The notes under the pieces were generated by a model. The model did no database searches. It was not told the origin of the DNA and saw only the letters and a program-made list of their open reading frames with translations. Positions 46,662 through 55,873 of a stretch of DNA of 64,000 bases are shown piece after piece. Source of the DNA: a virus. The stretch is from IMG/VR virus record IMGVR_UViG_3300027733_000033. The stretch is one strand, 5' to 3'. Each line of letters starts with the position of its first letter. The first letter of the stretch is position 1. The position numbers were made by a program, and so were the translations under genes.

Positions 46662-49193
46662 TTAAAAGTTTGTTGTATATGTGCCTTCTGCATATGCTTG
46701 AGAATTATAATCTTCAAGAAAATATGAAAGCGCTATTTTAGTTAAAATTAAAGATCCAGTATCTGTAGTGCCAGAAGTAGAATCACTGAATCCTTTACTT
46801 AATAATTTAGAGAAAGTTTGAGATGGTGTAATTGCATCTGCTAATTGTTTAGAGAACGCAGTCGTTTTTGTTTCAGTATAAGTAATCGTTTCCGATAACC
46901 CTTTGTTAAACAATTTTGTGCTACTATCAGATTGCGTCACATAATCGGTTAACCCTTTGTTAAACAATTTTGTGCTACTATCAGAATTTGTTATGGAATC
47001 TGCTAACCCTTTGTTAAATAATTTCGTTCTACTATCAGAATTTGTTATGGAATCTGCTAACCCTTTGTTAAACAATTTTGTGCTACTATCAGATTGCGTC
47101 ACATAATCGGTTAACCCTTTGTTAAACAATTTTGTGCTACTATCAGAATTTGTTATGGAATCTGCTAACCCTTTGTTAAACAATTTTGTGCTAGAATCTG
47201 GCGCAGTTATAGAATCTGCTAATGCCTTACCAAATAATTTCGTTCTAGAATCTGGCGCAGTTATAGATTCTGCTAACCCTTTGTTAAACAATTTCGTTCT
47301 AGAATCTGGCGCAGTTATAGAATCTGCTAATGCCTTACCAAACAATTTTGTGCTAGAATCTGGTGCAGTTATAGATTCTGCTAATGCCTTACCAAATAAT
47401 TTCGTTCTACTATCAGAATTTGTTATGGAATCTGCTAATGCCTTACCAAATAATTTCGTTCTATTTTCAGATTGCGTCACATAATCTGCTAATGCCTTAC
47501 CAAATAATTTCGTTCTACTATCAGAATTTGTTATGGAATCTGCTAATGCCTTACCAAATAATTTCGTTCTAGAATCACTTTTACCAACACTATCAGCAAA
47601 TGGCTTTTCAATTAATGTAGAATGATCATCAGTAAAAAGTAAAATTTCTTTGAATAATTTTTTAAAGAAATAGCCTACCTGCTCAAGAGATATTGACATA
47701 TCAATATCATTATTTAAGGTGTATTCACCAAACATTAAATAGCCGGCTGGGTTCACCACATGTTTAACAATATCTTTATACAACTGAATATCTTCTGACA
47801 CTTTAATCGCATAAGAATAAATTTGATAATAATAATTATCCTGTAAAACAAATGCATCAGACGCAAACCCGTTGCTGGCTGTAAACGATCCAGGATATTT
47901 GCGGATAATTCCCATTTCAATTTCAATAATAGCGGTATTATCATCTGTTACATAATATCCAGGAGGAGCAGTGTAATCTGAATGAAATGTCCGTAAAACT
48001 TCACCGGAATAATCTATAGGTGCATACTCAACAAAATAATCTTGATATGTTATTACCCCGTCTTCAACGAACCCAGTTGTGTAATCATATAATTTTGATG
48101 GGTCAAACGTTTCAGATTTATTGAATCCAGATACTAAATTGAAATAAGAGTTTTGTTCATACCCAGACCCGAAAAAAATTAATTGTATAGATTTGATACC
48201 GCCGTCTGCATCTATGTCGACAATTTTACATTTTGCCCCGCTACCACCTGCGTCTAAATCAAATATCTGACCAAGTTTGAATTTAGCGCCTTTCTTTTCA
48301 ACCCTAAGTTTAGCAACAGATGGCTGTATAACACATAATACATCTTCAAACAAAATTTCATTATATAGCTCCAAATCATTATGATAAAATCCTTCCATAA
48401 AGATTTCATATTGACCGTTATTTACCGCTCTAACTCTGCTAACATAAACTTCAATTGTTTTATATGTTGATTGTATATTAACATATTTGCCAGTTAACGA
48501 ATATGCGTCTGCAACAGAAGTTTTAAATTGTATAGCAGAAATGGCATCAATATAAGCATGATCAACTAACGTTAAAATTGTGTCAGATTGAATAGAATAT
48601 ATTGTTCCAATAATAATATTTGTATCAGTTTTATGTAAAATAGAACCTTTTTGCAAATGTGTAAATTGTGTATTATAACCTGTTACAATCGTACTACTTT
48701 TAGATGTAGAAATAGAACCGGTTTGATTTTGATATGTTTTATCGTTTAACCAAGAAGTTGATATCCCTTTGTCATTAGAACTGACTGAAACAAGAACGGA
48801 TATTTCTTGTTTCCATCTGCCATCAGATGCTTTCAGAATAAAATCTTTTGGGTAAAATATATCAATCTCTTTACCGAACAGATGTCTAAATAAAATTCTC
48901 AATGATTCTTCTGAGCCTTTAGCTGAGTAAAAATCTTTAATATGTTTTAAAAGTAACCTTTCATCTATGCCATGTACAGATGGTATGTCTGAAACACCTA
49001 ATTCAGATTTGATATGTTCCACAAATACATCTAAATTGTCATCTAAAGATTTTAAGTTACCAAACGCCCTAAAATCTGTTTGTTCAATATACGAATAATA
49101 CAGTTCTAAAAATTTTATGAAATTGCCATATTTTGGTATGGTAAATTCAGGAAACTGTGACGATATTATCGAGGATAGTTTAGTTTTATCCAT
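46662..49193 (-). CDS. gp7: Baseplate wedge initiator with C-terminal tandem repeats
   Basis: FIKFLELYY, IKDFY.AKGSEES..ILFR.LF, LKASDGRW, LQDN.YYQ.YSY.IK, PAG..MFG. Confidence 0.82.
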   Translation of the reverse strand: MDKTKLSSIISSQFPEFTIPKYGNFIKFLELYYSYIEQTDFRAFGNLKSLDDNLDVFVEHIKSELGVSDIPSVHGIDERLLLKHIKDFYSAKGSEESLRILFRHLFGKEIDIFYPKDFILKASDGRWKQEISVLVSVSSNDKGISTSWLNDKTYQNQTGSISTSKSSTIVTGYNTQFTHLQKGSILHKTDTNIIIGTIYSIQSDTILTLVDHAYIDAISAIQFKTSVADAYSLTGKYVNIQSTYKTIEVYVSRVRAVNNGQYEIFMEGFYHNDLELYNEILFEDVLCVIQPSVAKLRVEKKGAKFKLGQIFDLDAGGSGAKCKIVDIDADGGIKSIQLIFFGSGYEQNSYFNLVSGFNKSETFDPSKLYDYTTGFVEDGVITYQDYFVEYAPIDYSGEVLRTFHSDYTAPPGYYVTDDNTAIIEIEMGIIRKYPGSFTASNGFASDAFVLQDNYYYQIYSYAIKVSEDIQLYKDIVKHVVNPAGYLMFGEYTLNNDIDMSISLEQVGYFFKKLFKEILLFTDDHSTLIEKPFADSVGKSDSRTKLFGKALADSITNSDSRTKLFGKALADYVTQSENRTKLFGKALADSITNSDSRTKLFGKALAESITAPDSSTKLFGKALADSITAPDSRTKLFNKGLAESITAPDSRTKLFGKALADSITAPDSSTKLFNKGLADSITNSDSSTKLFNKGLTDYVTQSDSSTKLFNKGLADSITNSDSRTKLFNKGLADSITNSDSSTKLFNKGLTDYVTQSDSSTKLFNKGLSETITYTETKTTAFSKQLADAITPSQTFSKLLSKGFSDSTSGTTDTGSLILTKIALSYFLEDYNSQAYAEGTYTTNF
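46875..47577 (-). repeat. 54 bp (18 aa) tandem array, 13 clear units
   Basis: DS[RS]TKLF[GKA/NKG]L[AT][DE][SITNS/YVTQS/SITAP]. Confidence 0.92.
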
Positions 49194-49195
49194 AA

Positions 49196-51010
49196 TTATC
49201 TACTCTTTGTAAATACATAACTAGAACCACCAAATGCAGTTGAATCAACAACAGCATCAATAATGATATTATTTGTGTCTAATTGTACTATGTTATGTTG
49301 TCTTGAAATAATATCGTTAGAAGCCGGCTTAATAAAAAATTCAAATTTTGTATTTGCCAGTCTTGAAATTGAAACTTCAGTCAAATTAATAGTGCCTTCT
49401 TCATAATTTACAGTTCCAAATGTTCCAACAGAATAAATTTTATTATACTCTGTATCTAATGTATATTTTATAAGGTTCCCGAGTCCATCGTCTTCCATGT
49501 AAAATATGGTTGACGCATCGCCTGTCACGTAGAACCCAGTCGTAGTAACCGCTTCCTCAGGCACACCAGCCGCATATATAGGATTATGCAAATCAATTGT
49601 ATATGGTGTTTTTGTATTGAAGTAAATGTTAACTGGTCTACGAATCAAAATATTAGTGATGTTTGAAAGTATAGCTGAATCAACACCATCAATCAATTTT
49701 AAAAATTTAGAATACCTGAAAACTGAATCAAACTTTTTAAGGCTTGTTTCATTATAATCTCTAACAACAACATCAATAGCAGATATTAAATCATTTTTGG
49801 TTCTAGTCGTAGCCGCCTTATCATAATGAGCAACAATATTAACCTGTAGATTGATATAATTAGGATCTACAAATTCAGGCGTTACTCCTATCACATTTCT
49901 GTTTTTAAGCAAATCTATTTTAATTAATTCTTTTTCAGCAGCAGATAATTTGCTAGAATATTTTGGTTTGATGCACATAAACACTTTACCGTAAACCGGT
50001 GGAATGTTATCCTCACCGCCCCACACATTAATTGTATCTATGTTTGTATAATTAGCCTTTATGACAGAAAGGTAATCATTAGCAGTCACCGCCCTATTAT
50101 GTGAATTTAATAGTTTTGGGGCATTAAATCTAATTTCAGATGCTGTTTCTGGTTCATCGCCACCAGAAGAAGGTAATACCGTAATAACAAAAGAAGAACC
50201 ACCTAATTCAACAATGCTTCTGGTTAACGCAAACTGGCGAATATCGTTAGCGTCTGCTCTATTGGTTATAAAGTATTCAATTGTTACAATATTTCCGTTT
50301 GTTAGCGCTTTACCTAATTTGTCGTTTCCGAATGACACTTCAAAATTATTGTCGTAAATTTCTTTAAGAAAAAACACGGTATCTGTTGATTTCACATTAA
50401 GAATATCGCTTGCTAATGTGTATGTAGTTACAGCGGTAGAAGAACTTGATTCTTTTACAATTACCTTTACTGTATCAACATCAACATTTTTGTTTGAGAT
50501 AATATATTTGGTTGTGTCAGAAACGGTGTACGTTTCATAATTTGGTATCCCTTCTTTAATCTCTATAGCATTTGCTCTATATATCCCATTAACAGGCACA
50601 ACAGGGATATCTTCTGTGTTATAGAAAAAGTAAGATTTTCCATTAGCCGTACATGAGAACGCAGAATATTTCGGCAAAATAGCTGAAGCCGGCGTTAACG
50701 TAGGGTTAGAGATAATCAAATCGACAGTAGCAGTTGCGCATTTTGCCGAGCGCGGTAAGTAACCTAGCATAGTTGCCAAAGAAACAACACTTTCCCTTTT
50801 AGATGCTGTATCTAAAAAAGATTCGTTAAGCGCCATATTGGTATACAGTGAATTGTAATGCGTATTGTATGCAAGCAAATCAACTAAGATAGATAAACCA
50901 GAACCCTCAAAATCATAATCAGATAAAGTTGATTGACCCTTTAGAAAGTTTTTTAGATTATTTTTTATGTTATCAAAGTCAAGTTCAGAAACATTTATTT
51001 GTTTATTCAT
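49196..51010 (-). CDS. gp6: Baseplate wedge subunit
   Basis: ELDFD.IK..L, DYDFEGS.L..L.D.LAYNTHY, FG....GK, RAVT..DY, WGGED..PP.YGKV. Confidence 0.95.
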   Translation of the reverse strand: MNKQINVSELDFDNIKNNLKNFLKGQSTLSDYDFEGSGLSILVDLLAYNTHYNSLYTNMALNESFLDTASKRESVVSLATMLGYLPRSAKCATATVDLIISNPTLTPASAILPKYSAFSCTANGKSYFFYNTEDIPVVPVNGIYRANAIEIKEGIPNYETYTVSDTTKYIISNKNVDVDTVKVIVKESSSSTAVTTYTLASDILNVKSTDTVFFLKEIYDNNFEVSFGNDKLGKALTNGNIVTIEYFITNRADANDIRQFALTRSIVELGGSSFVITVLPSSGGDEPETASEIRFNAPKLLNSHNRAVTANDYLSVIKANYTNIDTINVWGGEDNIPPVYGKVFMCIKPKYSSKLSAAEKELIKIDLLKNRNVIGVTPEFVDPNYINLQVNIVAHYDKAATTRTKNDLISAIDVVVRDYNETSLKKFDSVFRYSKFLKLIDGVDSAILSNITNILIRRPVNIYFNTKTPYTIDLHNPIYAAGVPEEAVTTTGFYVTGDASTIFYMEDDGLGNLIKYTLDTEYNKIYSVGTFGTVNYEEGTINLTEVSISRLANTKFEFFIKPASNDIISRQHNIVQLDTNNIIIDAVVDSTAFGGSSYVFTKSR

Positions 51011-52068
51011 TATCGTGTACGTTCCAGTGTTAGGTTAAGCGTGTATGGCAAATTAGATTCTGTTATGTAAAATTCAATACTAATATTTGCCAAATTTTTA
51101 TTAGATTCTGGACTAATAACAACATCAACATTTGTTAAGGTAGCTCTAGGCTCATATGCTGATACCACCTCTCTAATTGTACGTTTAATAATTTCAGCGT
51201 AAACTGGAGAAGAAGATTCAAATAAAAGGCTGGTGATTTGCGAGCCTAGATTTGAATTAAACGGGCGTTCATAATTCATTGTTCTGACAAGATGCTCAAT
51301 AGAAGTTTTAACCGCGTTTGCATCAATCTTAAAGGTAATATCACCAGGATGCGAAAATGTAAAATTAGCATCTGACACTGTAATATGCTTAGTTGAATCA
51401 GCAAGTTCCAATACGAATATCACATGTTCTATGTTTTCAAGAACGTTATCGGTCACAGTTCTTATTTGAACATATGCCGTGTAAACATCTTGAGCCTTTT
51501 CATAAAATGCTAAAGTCCCGCTAAGGTAATCCGAAATGTTAAATGTATTATCAGAATTTCTAGGATATTCACCAACAACGTCAAAAGAATCTAACCCTAA
51601 AATTCTATATTTGACAGGATAATTTTCTGTATCAGGGTAATTTGTATCAACATCAAAACGAATCAAATTTGACTCTATCTGATTGTTTGATAGGTTAGAC
51701 ACATTAAAAAAGTATTCTGTTCCATCCTTATTGAATGTAAATGTGCCGTTGGATACTGTTAACTCTGTCACCTGTAAGTATGTTCCATCATACAAATCCG
51801 TCATTATCGAAAGTAAAGCATTTCCATATAGCGTTAAAAATGAGTCAGATTCTATAGATTTAATTTTACCTATGAATGAATTAGATACATAAAGATTATC
51901 GTCTACAGAAAGGTAACGGGTGAATTGTGTATCAAACCCAACCACAATTGGCGAACCAGAGTTGTAATTAAGATATCCTTTACCTGAAATGCGTTCAAAT
52001 GCTGAAGGGTTAGGCATGAAGTTGAGGTCGATATCCTTGTAGCGTTTTATCGTTGACATATTCGGCAT
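51010..52068 (-). CDS. gp25: Baseplate wedge subunit gp25 with a large internal insertion
   Basis: N-terminal YKDIDLNF..NP and C-terminal AVKTSI..L..T..YERPF...GS...LLFE, YEPR, LERTR separated by ~220 extra aa. Confidence 0.85.
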   Translation of the reverse strand: MPNMSTIKRYKDIDLNFMPNPSAFERISGKGYLNYNSGSPIVVGFDTQFTRYLSVDDNLYVSNSFIGKIKSIESDSFLTLYGNALLSIMTDLYDGTYLQVTELTVSNGTFTFNKDGTEYFFNVSNLSNNQIESNLIRFDVDTNYPDTENYPVKYRILGLDSFDVVGEYPRNSDNTFNISDYLSGTLAFYEKAQDVYTAYVQIRTVTDNVLENIEHVIFVLELADSTKHITVSDANFTFSHPGDITFKIDANAVKTSIEHLVRTMNYERPFNSNLGSQITSLLFESSSPVYAEIIKRTIREVVSAYEPRATLTNVDVVISPESNKNLANISIEFYITESNLPYTLNLTLERTR

Positions 52069-52108
52069 TAAGTTAAAGTGAAGATATATTATTTAGCGCT
52101 TTAATTGT

Positions 52109-52186
52109 AAAATAAAACTTTACTTTTTACTCCTAGAAGCGTATAATAGCCTAGTCGGGCGTGAATTGAGGTTAAGCGCTTAAAAA
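52109..52186 (+). repeat. Promoter-leader cassette (family A) copy 4
   Basis: AAAATAAAAC-TTTACT-N17-TATAATAGCCTAGTCGGGCGTGAATTGAGGTTAAGCGCTTAAAAA. Confidence 0.9.
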
Positions 52187-52230
52187 GTTTAGCGCTAAAT
52201 TAATTATGATATTAACTTTATTGGGTATTT

Positions 52231-52605
52231 ATGGAAATTGAAACTATTACACTAGATGAAGAACGAATTGAACGATTCTTAAATGAATTTAAAGGTGAAG
52301 TTCAACCGTGGACAAAAGATAATCTATTAGAAAAACAAATGTTCAAAGGTTTGTTTGTGACTAGACAGGCGGCTATTGAATACCTGTATAAGATGGATGC
52401 TGATGTACTAAAGCGTGAAGAATATAAAGATACCGGTATTATGTTACGCAGAGTCAAAGAACCTAAATCTGGAACCATTTACACAGAAAGAAGTAAAGAA
52501 GGGTTTCCTGGAATATGCTATGATTATTTGTGTTGGTTGATATCAAGTTGGGTGCCAAAATCGGATATAGATATAACACAATTTAAAACGCCTAAAAACG
52601 CCTAA
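52231..52605 (+). CDS. Hypothetical protein (moron-like, opposite strand)
   Basis: 124 aa ORF directly downstream of cassette copy 4. Confidence 0.65.
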   Translation: MEIETITLDEERIERFLNEFKGEVQPWTKDNLLEKQMFKGLFVTRQAAIEYLYKMDADVLKREEYKDTGIMLRRVKEPKSGTIYTERSKEGFPGICYDYLCWLISSWVPKSDIDITQFKTPKNA

Positions 52606-52655
52606 AAACGCTAAATAAATATTTAAAACTAAATTATTTTTATTAAGGAGTCACA

Positions 52656-52990
52656 ATGTTAGGATTTAAAGAGTTTAAAGTTGCTGTTATGGAATCAGCA
52701 CTAAATGAAAATGTATCACCAAAAGTTTATAAGTTGGATAAAGTAATCCAAAATCTGTAGTAAAGGCTTTAATTTCAGATAAAGTTTTTACGCAATCTAA
52801 AATTAGCAGTTCTTTATACCCAGCAAAGAATATTAAAAGTGTTATGATTAATAGTGAAGATGGACATGATAAAGATCCAGTTGATGTTATTCAACAAATT
52901 AAAAATGAATGGAATGTTTGGGTTGGATTCGAAGACGGCGTTCCCATCGCAAGTTACGAAAATGGCACTATAGTTGTTACATATAAGTAA
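52656..52990 (+). pseudogene. Frameshifted putative internal head protein
   Basis: CTAAATA and AAGGAG upstream; MLGFKEF...ESALNE N-terminus; stop at 52760, but the -1 frame from ~52741 stays open to TAA 52990. Confidence 0.6.
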
Positions 52991-52996
52991 ATTATT

Positions 52997-53024
52997 AAAA
53001 GCCGGCTAATTACCGGCTTTTTTT
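52997..53024. terminator. Bidirectional intrinsic terminator
   Basis: AAAAGCCGG-CTAATTA-CCGGCTTTTTT between convergent genes. Confidence 0.85.
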
Positions 53025-53056
53025 CGCATAAAATTTACCGCATGTGATGTTGATAT

Positions 53057-55873
53057 CTATTTGTAAAGGATAAATTTACCGTGAGTGTATTGAGGATTTT
53101 TACCATTAACGCAAACGCCAGTCATTTTTTTAACAGCATGGTCGTTAGTAAAATTGGGATTGAATGCGATATGGATCCAGTTTGCACCAGAACCTTTATC
53201 GTATTCAAGAATCATTTGAGAAAAAGCCGGTAAAGAATTAGATAATTGGATAGCTAAATTGTACATATCTTCATGAGATCGTTTAGGTTCAAACCTCATA
53301 TCAATAGCTCTACCTTTATAATGATCAGAAGTCATATTACCGCCTTTATGTGACATAGTTCTTAACCCATCATTTATATTCCATTTACCGCTTGGATCGC
53401 AAGTTCCATATTTACCCTTAAGCGGACCAAGTAAATCATAAATTGGTTCGCAAATACTTTCGGCTAATGATGCTAAATTATCAACTAAGTCAGAAGCTTT
53501 ATATTTTATCATTTTACCCTTTTCAGGGTAAAATGATCCTTCTTGTAATGTTATATCCATAGGAATAACTCCAGGTGGCATAAAGTTACCTAATACAAAA
53601 TGTTTAGAAATTTTAAAATTAGGTGGAAACGATTTTCCAGAATTATTTGCTATTGTTTGATGTATATTTTCATCTCTATTTGCGTTCAATTTAGAACCTA
53701 TTTTAGCTGTGTAAGTAGAAACAGAAGAATTGTCTAAAGCTCCACTATTTTCTGCGGAAGCAGTTAACTTTTCATCATCATTTTGTATTTCAAAATCTGG
53801 TTGGTTTCCATATAATTGGCTATATTCTGCAGATTGTTTATCAAATAACGCATTTCCAGTTGCGTCTAAGTCACCTTCATATTTCGTTGACAATGAGGAT
53901 ACACGTTCGCAAGGTTCTAATGGTTCAAAATTAGCGTTTGACGGTGATCTAACTTCAGGATATTTACCTGTTAATGTGTTACGTTTAAAATAAATAGATT
54001 CTGATGTAGTGTTTGTAGCAGTATCTTCATCACCAACAACAACAGTAGATTGTGGATTATATGAAACTGTAAGTTGGTTAGGTGTCGTTGGCTCAGTATT
54101 TGTTCCTTTACCGGCTTCAGTTAATTGTGTATGATCATCTCCATTTGAATCTGTTGCTGTTAGTTTAACATATTTTGCAAGTGGCACGTTATCGCCAGAT
54201 AAATTTATTGTACTTGCTTTGATAGATGCATTTGTAGGAGTGTATAATAAAAAATCACCCGTTGAGTTTATCGTTGTAGTTGTAGCGGATTCCATTCGAA
54301 TAGCCGCACCCGCCTTAAAGGTTATATCGCTAGGAGATTCAAAGGCTAATTTACCGTATGGAGTTTTAAAAGTCATACCGCCGTATGTTTTATTTTCCTT
54401 ATCCTCTTCGTCAGGTAACTCATCAATTTTACCATATTCAATGTTGAAGTTTTTGCCTACGGAAATCTCAAAGTTTTCACCAACATTAATTGCTAAATTT
54501 TTAGCCACATTTATAGAAGCATCATTATGGAATATAGTGTCTGCTGTTCCGTTAACTTCAACTGTAGAATTTCCTTCACACAATAAATTTAGATCCCCTA
54601 ATACGGTTATGTTACATGTTCCTTTTACAAAAACGTTGCCGTTTCTTTCTGTTATCCAATAACCATCGCCAACAATGTGATTAACTTGAGTACCATTATT
54701 ATCAATTTCGATAAAAGAACCCTTTCTATGGTATAAATTAACTCTTTCTGCGTTTGGTGTATCATCAAATTCTAATACATGACCTCCTTCACTTTCCATC
54801 ACTTTGTTGTATGGGTACATTGAAGCGTAAGGAGCCGCCGGTTGGTTAAATTTAGAATCATTTACTGAAGGAATTTCTGCATTTCTAATAGAATCTTTAA
54901 ATTCAACACAAGTATTTTTAATGTTTCCTCTTGCTAACCTATTAGTATCCGCTTCGTTCATATAATCACGAAGCGGATACTTACCGGACGGATCTGTAAA
55001 CCCTATCTTACTGAAATTTTCATCTCTTGATTCAGTGAGAGCTTCTTGTTTATTTTTAGGCTCTAATGCTATTTCTTCTGTAGATTTTGAAGTATCATTT
55101 GTTCCTGCATCTTTATTGGTAGGTTTAGGATCTATAACAGAATTCATAATAGGGACTGGAATTCCTGCTCTAGTTAAGAAAAACTCGTAACATTTCTTTT
55201 TTTCTTGTATAACACCTGGACATTTTTTGAATTGGTTTGCGTTAACCATTCTACATAACGTTAAAAAAATATCTGGTTCAGATTGACGTTTTTTAAATTT
55301 ATCAAGACCTCCAAATTTGTTAACTAAAAATCCTACAGCAGCTTTAATATCAGCATTATTTTCACTAGACATTACTAATTCTGGATTACTTACAAAATCG
55401 AAAGTCCAATTTTTTTCATCGCCTAACGCCTTACCTAATACAATACATTTATCCATAGCAGATTTGTAGCCATCTTTAAATGTTATTTGCATCAATCCCC
55501 TACCATAATATGTACCACCATCTTTTAATGTTCGAGGTGGTTTTTGATGTAAGCCGTAGAAATATCCAAAAAATTCTTCTTTTGTCCCTTTAAAATTTGG
55601 TTGAGAATATTTTGTTGCTATATCATCAGAAACTGTCCAAGTTTTTAATAATTGAGTTTTAGAATAATGGAAATCTTCTTCTTGATTTAAAAAGCCACAT
55701 TCTATTGATAAAATTCCCATAATAGCTGCTAAACAATTTTCGTTATCTATACCAATATCTTTAAATTGTTTAAGTAATCTACCAAGATTAGTAACCTTTA
55801 AATCTATATTGCCATTTCTCAATCTTTCTGGTAAATTTCCGGAATTGATGTTTGTAGTTTTACTTTTAGCCAT
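53057..55873 (-). CDS. gp5-like tail spike: GH19-like hydrolase, beta-helix and peptidase M15-like domain
   Basis: YYGRGLMQIT; YPYNKVMESEGGHVLEFDDTP.AER...YHRKG; ISKHF, SDHYKGRAID, WIHI. Confidence 0.85.
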   Translation of the reverse strand: MAKSKTTNINSGNLPERLRNGNIDLKVTNLGRLLKQFKDIGIDNENCLAAIMGILSIECGFLNQEEDFHYSKTQLLKTWTVSDDIATKYSQPNFKGTKEEFFGYFYGLHQKPPRTLKDGGTYYGRGLMQITFKDGYKSAMDKCIVLGKALGDEKNWTFDFVSNPELVMSSENNADIKAAVGFLVNKFGGLDKFKKRQSEPDIFLTLCRMVNANQFKKCPGVIQEKKKCYEFFLTRAGIPVPIMNSVIDPKPTNKDAGTNDTSKSTEEIALEPKNKQEALTESRDENFSKIGFTDPSGKYPLRDYMNEADTNRLARGNIKNTCVEFKDSIRNAEIPSVNDSKFNQPAAPYASMYPYNKVMESEGGHVLEFDDTPNAERVNLYHRKGSFIEIDNNGTQVNHIVGDGYWITERNGNVFVKGTCNITVLGDLNLLCEGNSTVEVNGTADTIFHNDASINVAKNLAINVGENFEISVGKNFNIEYGKIDELPDEEDKENKTYGGMTFKTPYGKLAFESPSDITFKAGAAIRMESATTTTINSTGDFLLYTPTNASIKASTINLSGDNVPLAKYVKLTATDSNGDDHTQLTEAGKGTNTEPTTPNQLTVSYNPQSTVVVGDEDTATNTTSESIYFKRNTLTGKYPEVRSPSNANFEPLEPCERVSSLSTKYEGDLDATGNALFDKQSAEYSQLYGNQPDFEIQNDDEKLTASAENSGALDNSSVSTYTAKIGSKLNANRDENIHQTIANNSGKSFPPNFKISKHFVLGNFMPPGVIPMDITLQEGSFYPEKGKMIKYKASDLVDNLASLAESICEPIYDLLGPLKGKYGTCDPSGKWNINDGLRTMSHKGGNMTSDHYKGRAIDMRFEPKRSHEDMYNLAIQLSNSLPAFSQMILEYDKGSGANWIHIAFNPNFTNDHAVKKMTGVCVNGKNPQYTHGKFILYK

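Noticed and set aside
46875-47577. 54 bp tandem array as a CRISPR array
   Set aside because: Contiguous in-frame coding repeats without unique spacers
1501-52186. Family A repeats as a CRISPR array
   Set aside because: Copies are many kb apart with no repeat-spacer periodicity and no cas genes
52656-52763. Stop-codon reassignment (TAG readthrough)
   Set aside because: TAG is immediately followed by TAA, and conserved genes end normally in TAG, TGA and TAA under the standard code
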